A DNA stretch of 64,000 nt, taken from positions 2,282 to 66,281 of the forward strand of contig JAGCSA010000028.1 in NCBI GenBank assembly GCA_017964405.1. The letters are read 5' to 3'. Source of the stretch: Bacilli bacterium (lineage in GTDB: Bacteria > Bacillota_I > Bacilli_A > RF39 > UBA660). A program made the position numbers and the translations under genes. The notes under the pieces are model-generated. The model had not been told where the DNA came from, ran no database searches, and worked only from the letters and a program-made list of their open reading frames with translations. How positions within the stretch are numbered: the stretch's first letter is position 1; every line of letters begins with the position of its first letter. Below, one piece after another: positions 20,123 through 28,604 of this stretch.

Positions 20123-20410
20123 CTATATTGAAATAGCAGCAAGTTGATCATCTAGTTCTTGAATCTGTTGAGCAGAGCTTTTAACAAACTCTCCAAAATC
20201 ATTCATTTCTTGTGCTTCTACAGTAGCAGCAGCTGTTTGTGTATTACAGGTTGTCATGAAAGAAGATTTGGCATCTCCATTCCATCCACTTAAATCAGAT
20301 TCAATATTAGATGCATACGTTGTAGTAGCAGTCTTTAAATCACTAGCAGCTGAAATCATCTTGTCTCCTGCCGCACTTACTTGACCAAAATCACAAACAA
20401 ATTTCGCCAT
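20123..20410 (-). CDS. WXG100 (ESAT-6-like) family protein
   Basis: 95 aa; LSGWNGDAKSSF W-x-G turn; ELDDQLAA C-terminus. Confidence 0.7.
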   Translation of the reverse strand: MAKFVCDFGQVSAAGDKMISAASDLKTATTTYASNIESDLSGWNGDAKSSFMTTCNTQTAAATVEAQEMNDFGEFVKSSAQQIQELDDQLAAISI

Positions 20411-20411
20411 A

Positions 20412-21851
20412 TTATACCTCCACAGCCGTAGTAGGCTTTGTTTCAGGTTGTCCCGTGGTTGGAGTTGTCTCAGGTGTTGTCTCCTCTGCTATCTTTACAT
20501 GAGGAGCCTCAGGTGCTTTTACCTTCTCAGAAGGTTTATCTTTTCCAACATAACGTAGAACACCATCCCAATTCTTATTGGAATAATTTGTAATACTAAT
20601 CTCATTACCACCAGAATCACCATCATGTCCATCTTGATTTCCGTGAGCTCCGATCATCTTACCATTTCCGTAATACATTTCTGTATGAGTACCTTCATGT
20701 AGTAAGACATCTCCTGGTTGTAACTTATTAACATCTGGAGTACCAGGAATCCATTCAAATCCTGCTTTTACAAATGCATTCTTCATATTACCGGTATAAC
20801 TAGCACCGGTTTCTTTTACCTTAATACCAGATGCTTCGTAAGCAGAGATAACAAAGGAAGAACAATCGTAATTTGGATTACCCCAACGAGTTTCTTGAGA
20901 ATATCCATGGGTATTATCATTGGCAGTTGCCGTTGCCCAATCAAGAGCAGAAGTAACATAAGCACCCACTGTATAAGTACGATCAGAACCTAAGTTCTGG
21001 ATCTTCGTAACATAATCTCCAATTTTTTCTTGGAAGTTACCTTCTCCATCTTTCTTCCAATCATCATTAACAAAGAATTTAACTTGATCCCCACATTTCT
21101 CATCAATTTGACCAATAATACACTTGAATTTTTGGCCATCTTTTAAGGTGAATTCAATCACATCTCCTACACTACCGTATACCTTAGCACAAGAGATAAT
21201 GAACATTCCACCAATTGTAGCATAACCAGCTTTATTATATTCTAAATCTTCATGTTCAAATAGCTTCTTACCAAGAGATGTGAGAGCATCTTTTGATACT
21301 TTATCATGAAGAATTCCCTTAACTTCTGTTTTAATATCAACTGGTTCCTTTGCAGGAGTTGTTTCAGGTGCAGTTGTCGTAGGAGCTTCCGTACTAGGAG
21401 TCGTAACAATTGGAGTATAGCCTCCACCTCCACCGGTAGAACCTCCGCCGCCACCACTATAAGTGCCGCCACTTCCACCAGTTGGATTACTGCCACCTTT
21501 ATTGTTATTATTACCGGTTGGATCACCAGGATTTTTTTGCTTTTCTTGCTCTTTTGCTTTCGCAGCATCCTCTGCTGCTTTTTCAGCAGAAGATTGGAAT
21601 TTTAAACTATTTTGTAAAGCTGTATGAGAAGATACAACCGTATTTAATACATTCGATGTATTTTTAATCTTTGTCACACAGGCTTCTATATTACTAGCAA
21701 TCACAGCTTTCGGAGAAGCAAAATCAAAATCTTCACAACTAGTATCATATCCACTAACAGAACTAGAAATACTAGAAACTTTCGATGCAAGTGCATCAAG
21801 AGAAGAAGCTCCTGCTGTAACAGCATCTGTTTCAATCATAAAAATTGACAT
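20412..21851 (-). CDS. LXG/WXG-like N-terminal domain fused via Gly-rich linker to NlpC/P60 peptidoglycan endopeptidase
   Basis: N-terminal ~100-aa helical domain; G/S/T-rich linker; NlpC/P60 core YDCSSFVISAY...HTEMYYGNG; Pro/Thr-rich tail. Confidence 0.7.
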   Translation of the reverse strand: MSIFMIETDAVTAGASSLDALASKVSSISSSVSGYDTSCEDFDFASPKAVIASNIEACVTKIKNTSNVLNTVVSSHTALQNSLKFQSSAEKAAEDAAKAKEQEKQKNPGDPTGNNNNKGGSNPTGGSGGTYSGGGGGSTGGGGGYTPIVTTPSTEAPTTTAPETTPAKEPVDIKTEVKGILHDKVSKDALTSLGKKLFEHEDLEYNKAGYATIGGMFIISCAKVYGSVGDVIEFTLKDGQKFKCIIGQIDEKCGDQVKFFVNDDWKKDGEGNFQEKIGDYVTKIQNLGSDRTYTVGAYVTSALDWATATANDNTHGYSQETRWGNPNYDCSSFVISAYEASGIKVKETGASYTGNMKNAFVKAGFEWIPGTPDVNKLQPGDVLLHEGTHTEMYYGNGKMIGAHGNQDGHDGDSGGNEISITNYSNKNWDGVLRYVGKDKPSEKVKAPEAPHVKIAEETTPETTPTTGQPETKPTTAVEV

Positions 21852-21869
21852 ATGATTCCTCCATTCTTA

Positions 21870-22775
21870 TTATGCTTTTTGAGCATCATAACCAACATAT
21901 CGTAATACCCCATCCCAAGGGAAATTAACATATTTAGATACATTGATTTCTTTTCCACTAGAGTCTCCATTTCGACCATCTTTGTCACCATGGGCTCCAA
22001 CATTCATACCATCTCCGATATACATCTCGGTATGATGATTCTCACTTAATAAAACATCTCCTGGCTGTAAATCATCCATTTTCGGATTACCAGGAATCCA
22101 TTCAAATCCAGCTTTCGTAAAAGCAGATCTCATATTTCCGGTATAACCGGCTCCTGCTTCTTTTACTTGAATACCTGCTGCCTCATAGGCAGAAATAACA
22201 AGAGAAGAACAGTCATAATTTGGATTTCCCCAACGAGTTTTTTGAGAATATCCATGGGAATTATCTGCTGCAACAGCAACAGCCCAATCAATCGCACCCT
22301 GTACAACAGACCCAACATTGGTTGCTGCTTTTGCAATCGTCTCTCCTGTTGCTAAATTCGTAGTAGCAATTGCAGTCGCTTCTAGCTTTGTTCCAGAAGC
22401 AGATGCTAAATTACTTTCAATTTGACTTTTTAAAGAAGCTAATTCATTTTGATAACGACTGACATCTGCAGAATACTTACTAGCAGCAGCAGTATCGTTA
22501 TTCGAAACAGCCTGATTATAATTCCCCTGAGAAATCGAAACATTTTGCTTACAAGTTTTATATTGTTCATACAAATCACAAGCAGTTGCAAAAGATTCCA
22601 TCTGTCCTTTAATCGCACTTAAGAATTCAGATGTAAACTGTTCGGCTTTTGAATGAAAACTATCATAACTACTTCCTTGCCAAGAACCACTTAATCCACT
22701 CACCGTAGAATCGTAATTGGAAGAGTAAGAAGCAAGATTCCCAGAATCAGATCTAACTTGTCCACCACTAACCAT
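21870..22775 (-). CDS. WXG-domain::NlpC/P60 peptidoglycan endopeptidase fusion
   Basis: N-terminal LSGSWQGSSYDSF W-x-G turn; C-terminal NlpC/P60 YDCSSLVISAY...HTEMYIGDG, ~70% identical to the domain of 20412-21851. Confidence 0.7.
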   Translation of the reverse strand: MVSGGQVRSDSGNLASYSSNYDSTVSGLSGSWQGSSYDSFHSKAEQFTSEFLSAIKGQMESFATACDLYEQYKTCKQNVSISQGNYNQAVSNNDTAAASKYSADVSRYQNELASLKSQIESNLASASGTKLEATAIATTNLATGETIAKAATNVGSVVQGAIDWAVAVAADNSHGYSQKTRWGNPNYDCSSLVISAYEAAGIQVKEAGAGYTGNMRSAFTKAGFEWIPGNPKMDDLQPGDVLLSENHHTEMYIGDGMNVGAHGDKDGRNGDSSGKEINVSKYVNFPWDGVLRYVGYDAQKA

Positions 22776-22865
22776 AAGTCCTCCTATGATATCCTATAAT
22801 ATAATTCTAGCATTTCTACCACATAATAACAAATTATTTTGTAGTTTTTTAAAGCAATTGACACT

Positions 22866-24518
22866 TTATTTTCTAAGGAGAATCCGAGAAATACTCTGAA
22901 AGAAATGATCTCCAAAAATAGACTTAGTAAGATGAGATTGCCATGCATAAAGAAAATACACAACAGAACCCATCAAAGCATAGAAGAGAATAATAAGGAA
23001 ATTCATCATTCTCACATTTGAATAAACCGGTACAAGGAATCGAATAAGTACTAATACAAAAATCATAAGGAGACTTCCACATAGTACATCAATAAAATTC
23101 TTTAATAGATTTTCAAAAGATACTTCATACTTTCGATTTAATAAAATCATACATAGTAAGAAAGAAACTCCATATCCTAGAATCGTCGCCGTAATAAATC
23201 CATAATAAGGAGGTAATCCAATCGAAGTAAAGGTTCTAAGTAAACTCATATTGAAAATGATTTTAATCAAGATTCCAACAAGTAAACAAATGAATACATC
23301 CTTATAATCTTTTAAAGTTTGTAAAGTCGTAATAACCGTTGTAAATAAAGAAACAACAAAACCTACAAAAATATAATAAGATAACACACTAGCTCCGTAA
23401 GTACTATCTCCATAGAATAATCCCCATACAGCCTTAGACAAGAAACAAATCCCAAATGTCATGGGAACAATAAAATACAAAAGCATACTAAGAGACAAAT
23501 TAATCTTTTGATTCAATTCACTCTTATCCTTCTTCACAAGACTCTCTGTTAAATTAGGAATTAAACTGACAATAATTCCGGTGGATACAGCTGCAATAAT
23601 CATATTAAATTTCTGGGCCCATGTAGAAAAAATACTATAGACCGTTTCTGCATCTACTGCAGAATAATTGGCATATGTAACTAGTCCTTTTACGACACTG
23701 ACCATATCAACATAATTGTACATAGATTTAAAGAAATCAATCATAATAAAAGGAATCGCATAAACAACAATCTTTTTTAAAATGACTTTATCGGAAACCA
23801 AAGGTTCATTCTTATCTCTAACTTTTTCTTGAAATTTACTTCTATTTTTTAAATATTTTTCTAATAAATAAAAGTAAGAAATAAAAGCACCTACGGTTGC
23901 TCCAAAAAGAGCAACTCCTACTACATTGGATAATGATAAATGAAAGACTTTTAGAGTAATCAAACTTCCGAAAATAATAATCAGAACTCGAAATAATTGT
24001 TCTAATACTTGAGAAATAGAGGGAGGGCTCATAATACGATGTCCTTCAAAATAACCACGATAAACACTTAATAAAGGCCCAATTAAAATAGCAGAAGCAA
24101 TGATACGTATAACGAGAGTAACATCTTCTACACTATTTCCTCCTACAACATCTCCTAATATACTTTTCGCAAGGATTGGTGCAAATAATACCACTAATAA
24201 GAAACAAATAAAGCCCATTAAAACAGAAAGCCATTTTCCTAAAACAAAAGCTCTCTTCTTTGCTTTAATATAACCAAGAGTTTGATATTCCGAAACAATT
24301 TTACTAATCGCTAAAGGAATACCTGCTGAAGATAAGGACAAGAAAAACAAATAGATCGTATAAGCATATCCATATAAAGCTCCTCCTTCATCTCCAATAA
24401 TAGAATGAAAAGGAATAACATATAAAATACCCATGATTTTCGTCAAAATAATGCCGACAGTTGTAATAACAGCACCTTTTACAAAGGTATTTTTTCGCAT
24501 AGTAATATCCTTCTTCAT
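22866..24518 (-). CDS. MOP-superfamily polysaccharide/lipid-II flippase (SpoVB/YtgP/MurJ-like)
   Basis: About 14 TM segments; KGAVITTVGIILTKIMGILYVIPF N-terminal signature. Confidence 0.7.
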   Translation of the reverse strand: MKKDITMRKNTFVKGAVITTVGIILTKIMGILYVIPFHSIIGDEGGALYGYAYTIYLFFLSLSSAGIPLAISKIVSEYQTLGYIKAKKRAFVLGKWLSVLMGFICFLLVVLFAPILAKSILGDVVGGNSVEDVTLVIRIIASAILIGPLLSVYRGYFEGHRIMSPPSISQVLEQLFRVLIIIFGSLITLKVFHLSLSNVVGVALFGATVGAFISYFYLLEKYLKNRSKFQEKVRDKNEPLVSDKVILKKIVVYAIPFIMIDFFKSMYNYVDMVSVVKGLVTYANYSAVDAETVYSIFSTWAQKFNMIIAAVSTGIIVSLIPNLTESLVKKDKSELNQKINLSLSMLLYFIVPMTFGICFLSKAVWGLFYGDSTYGASVLSYYIFVGFVVSLFTTVITTLQTLKDYKDVFICLLVGILIKIIFNMSLLRTFTSIGLPPYYGFITATILGYGVSFLLCMILLNRKYEVSFENLLKNFIDVLCGSLLMIFVLVLIRFLVPVYSNVRMMNFLIILFYALMGSVVYFLYAWQSHLTKSIFGDHFFQSISRILLRK

Positions 24519-24582
24519 AGTACCCTCCATTATAGTAATATCATAGCACAAAAAAACAAAAGGATAAACACTATCCTTTTGT

Positions 24583-25551
24583 TTAATAACCTCTTCCCCC
24601 TCTTGGATATTGAGCCATCTTATCTAAACAACTCATATTGTAAAAAATACTATCTTGAATTCTTCTCAAATTAAATAGAAGCCAATCATCCCAAGCATCT
24701 GAACGATTACGAATAACTAGATTCGTAACTTTTTGACGATAATCATCTCGATAAGCAGCATATTGTCTAGATCCATAGACAACTGGTAGTGGTAAATCTA
24801 AGAAGAGAGAATCATTGGCAAATTGATAAAGCATAGCACTCTGAAATAATCTTCCATATCGAGTATTTCCATCTTGAAATAATTGAAGAGCTGCTAACAA
24901 CCCATGACAAATCATAGGAAGAATCATGACATCATACCCGTCATTGGGTCTAACTCCACTATTGATAAAACCAAGGAATTTATCCATAGCCGTATCAATC
25001 TCCGTATGACGAAGAGGAAAATAACAAATCTCACGATTTTCAAAAAAATACTTTGTTCTAGGCTCTCCATAATAGTAAGATCCCACAAACTTCAAATCAT
25101 CTTCTCGAATTCCTTGTTTATTCTGAGAACTCGTACCCTGTAATAACACATCATGCATATAAATAAATTCCTCTTTCGTAATAGGATCTCCATTTTTAAT
25201 TTTCTCAAGTAATAAATCAATGGATACCTCATCTTCAAAATGACGACTTAAAGCAATTAAGAAAGAATCTTCTTTTTCAATCGATTGATTATCAATAATA
25301 TCCGAATCCTTTAATGTCTTCAAAAAAGTAGCTTGATCTTCCTCAGAGAATTCTCTTAATTTGTTCACATATTCTAGATACAAGTCTTTTGTATATTCTA
25401 TTTCTCCTTTGACTCTCTCACTAGGAGTATATTGATCTAAAACATCAAAAATCGATAACGTAGCAATAGGAGCCCCTGCATCAATTAACTTTTCAACTTG
25501 TGTTTGAGCAATTCTCTTTTCTTCTTCAAACGTCATAGCATCACCACCCAT
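24583..25551 (-). CDS. Fic/Fido-fold protein with degenerate active-site motif
   Basis: ALQLFQDGNTRYGR aligns to HPFx(D/E)GNGRxxR but His is replaced by Gln and the second Gly by Thr. Confidence 0.5.
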   Translation of the reverse strand: MGGDAMTFEEEKRIAQTQVEKLIDAGAPIATLSIFDVLDQYTPSERVKGEIEYTKDLYLEYVNKLREFSEEDQATFLKTLKDSDIIDNQSIEKEDSFLIALSRHFEDEVSIDLLLEKIKNGDPITKEEFIYMHDVLLQGTSSQNKQGIREDDLKFVGSYYYGEPRTKYFFENREICYFPLRHTEIDTAMDKFLGFINSGVRPNDGYDVMILPMICHGLLAALQLFQDGNTRYGRLFQSAMLYQFANDSLFLDLPLPVVYGSRQYAAYRDDYRQKVTNLVIRNRSDAWDDWLLFNLRRIQDSIFYNMSCLDKMAQYPRGGRGY

Positions 25552-25553
25552 GA

Positions 25554-27965
25554 TTATTTTACAACAATATTAACAATCTTTCCTTTGATAACAATTACCT
25601 TAACAACCTCATGTCCTTCCATATGTTTTTGAACATTTTCATTTTCAAGAGCTTTTTCTTGAATCGTAGCATCATCATCTTCCAAAGAAATGGTAATCGT
25701 ACCACGTACTTTTCCATTAACTTGAACAGCAATTTCTTTTGTAGATTCAACTGTCTTTTCCTCATCGTACGTTGGCCATTCTCCTTCACAAATAGGAGAA
25801 TATCCTAATTGTTCATTCATCTCTTCTGTTAAATGAGGAGCAATTGGATTTAATAATACTAATAGTAAATGATAATCTTCTTTTGTAATAGATTCATGAT
25901 CATCATAAGCATTCGCTAAAATCATCAAAGAAGAAATAACTGTATTATATCCCATATGAAGTAAATCATATTCTACTCTCTTAATCGTTTGATTTTGAAG
26001 AACTTCTAAGTCTTCACTAAATCCTTCTTGATCATTTACTTTATCTTTTAAACGTTCTACTTTATCAAGGAATCTTCTACATCCCTTTAAAGAATCCGTA
26101 CTCCAAGGAGCATCCATTTGATAATCTCCCATGAACATTTCATAGGTGCGAAGAGTATCAGCTCCATATTCTTTTACAATATCATCTGGATTCATGACAT
26201 TTCCTTTGGATTTACTCATCTTTTGACCATCAGAACCTAATACCATACCATGAGAAACTCTCGTCCAAATCATCTCTTTATGAGGAACTAATCCAATATT
26301 ATATAAGAATTGTACCCAGAATCTTGCATACAATAAGTGTCTAGCAGTATGCTCCATACCACCATTATACCAATCTACTCGATTCCAGTATTTCATAGCA
26401 TCCATACTAGCAAACTCTTTATCATTATGAGGATCCATAAAACGTAAGAAGTACCAAGAAGATCCAGCCCAGTTAGGCATCGTATCTGTCTCTCTTTTCG
26501 CATCTCCACCACACTCAGGACATTTGCAATTAACCCAATCCTTAATATTAGCAAGTGGACTTTCTCCATCCTCTGTAGGTTCATACTCTGCAACATCTGG
26601 TAGTAATAATGGTAAATCTTCTTCCTTCATAGGAACCCATCCACATTTAGGACAATTGATCATTGGAATTGGTTCTCCCCAGAATCTTTGTCTTGAGAAA
26701 ATCCAATCTCTCATTTTATAATTGTTAACTCTTCTACCAAATCCTTTTTTCTCAATCATATTGGCAATTTCAACACGAGCTTCATCGACAGTCATACCAT
26801 CAAATTCTTCTGAATTCATCATCTTGTATCCATGACCCATATACTCTGTCTTTTCAATCGCATGTTCCAAAATATCTCCACAATCAATCACTTGAATAAT
26901 TTCCAAATTGTGTTCTTTTGCATATTCAAAGTCTCTTTGATCATGACTAGGTACTGCCATAACAGCTCCTGTACCATAATCTCCTAATACAAAGTCTCCT
27001 AAGAAAATAGGAACTTCTTTTCCATTGACAGGGTTAATCGCTTTAATACCCTTAACCTCAACACCTGTTTTTCCTTTATTAAGTTCCGTTCTATCCATCG
27101 CACTCTTCTTAGCAGTCTCTTTGATATAAGCATTAACTTCGTCTTTATTTTCAACACGATCCATTAATTCTTTAATTAATTTTCCATCCGGTGCAATAAC
27201 AAAGAATGTAATACCATAAATCGTTTCAGGACAAGTCGTAAAGATAGAAAATTTACCTCCTCCTACGATATCGACATCAACTTCTACTCCTTCGCTCTTA
27301 CCAATCCAATTAATTTGACCCAATTTTACTCGATCCGCAAAATTCGTATCATCAAGTCCCTTTAATAAATCTTCTGCATAATCACTCATACGAAGCATCC
27401 ATTGACTCTTTTCTTTTTGTTCAACGACACTTCCACATCTTTCACAAACACCACCAGCAGCATCTTCATTCGAAAGAACACTCTTACAAGTAGGACACCA
27501 GTTAACAGGAACTGTATCCTTATAAGCCATTCCATGTTTATAGAATTGTAAGAATTGCCATTGGGTCCATTTATAATAATCTGGGTCGGTTGTAGAGAAT
27601 TCTCTACTCCAATCAAAAGAGAAACCAATAGACTTCATTTGAGCTTTAAATGTCTTAATATTTCTCTCCACTGCTTCCTTTGGATGAATGTGATTCTTAA
27701 TTGCATATTGCTCGGCAGGAGCTCCAAAAGCATCCCATCCCATTGGATATAAAACATTATATCCCTGCATTCTCATCATTCTTGCAATCGCATCTTGTGC
27801 CGTATAACTACGTACATGTCCTACATGTAATCCTGATCCACTTGGATAAGGAAATTCAACTAAAATATAATAAGGATCTTTCTTATCTCCATTTTTACAT
27901 TGAAATGACTTATGTTTATCCCAATAGGTTTGCCATTTCTTTTCCATTTGATTAATGTTTTCCAT
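25554..27965 (-). CDS. leuS: Leucyl-tRNA synthetase
   Basis: HVGHVRSY (HIGH) and KMSKSKGN motifs; 803 aa. Confidence 0.95.
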   Translation of the reverse strand: MENINQMEKKWQTYWDKHKSFQCKNGDKKDPYYILVEFPYPSGSGLHVGHVRSYTAQDAIARMMRMQGYNVLYPMGWDAFGAPAEQYAIKNHIHPKEAVERNIKTFKAQMKSIGFSFDWSREFSTTDPDYYKWTQWQFLQFYKHGMAYKDTVPVNWCPTCKSVLSNEDAAGGVCERCGSVVEQKEKSQWMLRMSDYAEDLLKGLDDTNFADRVKLGQINWIGKSEGVEVDVDIVGGGKFSIFTTCPETIYGITFFVIAPDGKLIKELMDRVENKDEVNAYIKETAKKSAMDRTELNKGKTGVEVKGIKAINPVNGKEVPIFLGDFVLGDYGTGAVMAVPSHDQRDFEYAKEHNLEIIQVIDCGDILEHAIEKTEYMGHGYKMMNSEEFDGMTVDEARVEIANMIEKKGFGRRVNNYKMRDWIFSRQRFWGEPIPMINCPKCGWVPMKEEDLPLLLPDVAEYEPTEDGESPLANIKDWVNCKCPECGGDAKRETDTMPNWAGSSWYFLRFMDPHNDKEFASMDAMKYWNRVDWYNGGMEHTARHLLYARFWVQFLYNIGLVPHKEMIWTRVSHGMVLGSDGQKMSKSKGNVMNPDDIVKEYGADTLRTYEMFMGDYQMDAPWSTDSLKGCRRFLDKVERLKDKVNDQEGFSEDLEVLQNQTIKRVEYDLLHMGYNTVISSLMILANAYDDHESITKEDYHLLLVLLNPIAPHLTEEMNEQLGYSPICEGEWPTYDEEKTVESTKEIAVQVNGKVRGTITISLEDDDATIQEKALENENVQKHMEGHEVVKVIVIKGKIVNIVVK

Positions 27966-28326
27966 TTTTAACCATTCCCTTCTTTTTATAAAATAAATAT
28001 ATTAAATGATAACTCATAAAAATTAAAAGTATAATCACAATAAATCCAATTGCTATCTCCCAGAGAAAAGAATCTACAAAAGATACAATGGTCACAGCAA
28101 TCGACATATCCAAACAAGAAGTAATACAACAGAGCTGCAGTAGTTGAGGATACGATATCTGATCAAAATCTAAATCATAACGAGATTTTAAATAACGAAT
28201 CTCCAGTAATTCCTTCTTCTGTTTTTTCTTTTTACCCTTATCCTTTTTCAGAGGCATAATAAAGAATAATTGATAAGTAACAAATAACAAAAGAAATGTT
28301 AAAACAAATAAAATCAATTCTTCCAT
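27952..28326 (-). CDS. Small membrane protein encoded between the leuS T-box and leuS
   Basis: GGAGGUG RBS then AUG at 28326; two hydrophobic helices flank a Lys-rich loop; overlaps leuS start by 14 nt. Confidence 0.45.
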   Translation of the reverse strand: MEELILFVLTFLLLFVTYQLFFIMPLKKDKGKKKKQKKELLEIRYLKSRYDLDFDQISYPQLLQLCCITSCLDMSIAVTIVSFVDSFLWEIAIGFIVIILLIFMSYHLIYLFYKKKGMVKNGKH

Positions 28327-28338
28327 AGACACCTCCAA

Positions 28339-28548
28339 AAAAAATAACTATAAATTTAAGGACGTATTAACGCGGTACCACCTTAATTCATAGTTATGAC
28401 TATACACTCTAGGATTGATAACGGAATCACCCAATTTACTCAAAAGACAAGTTCATAAACATTTCTTATCTATTTTCACCAACCATAGACTCTCTAAAAA
28501 GAAAATATTTACTACTACTTCTTTCTCATCGCAAAATATATGAATATT
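28339..28548 (-). promoter_or_regulatory. T-box riboswitch leader (Leu specifier) with terminator, upstream of small ORF-leuS
   Basis: T-box AAUUAAGGUGGUACCGCG (plus 28371-28388); stem I AGAGAGUC...GGUGAAAA; GAACUUG specifier (CUU=Leu); AACUAUGAAUUAAGG/CCUUAAAUUUAUAGUU + U8 terminator; promoter TTGGAT-16-TG-n-TATAAT (-10 at 28556-28561). Confidence 0.75.
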
Positions 28549-28604
28549 ATACCATAGAAAAGAAAGAATCCAAGTAAAAAACAGGATTTTTTCCTGTTTT
28601 TTTA

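Noticed and set aside
21242-21605. ORFs of 108 and 99 aa overlapping the Gly-rich linker of 20412-21851
   Set aside because: Repetitive GGT/GGA-rich DNA produces open frames on both strands; the 479-aa frame is the one with domain content.
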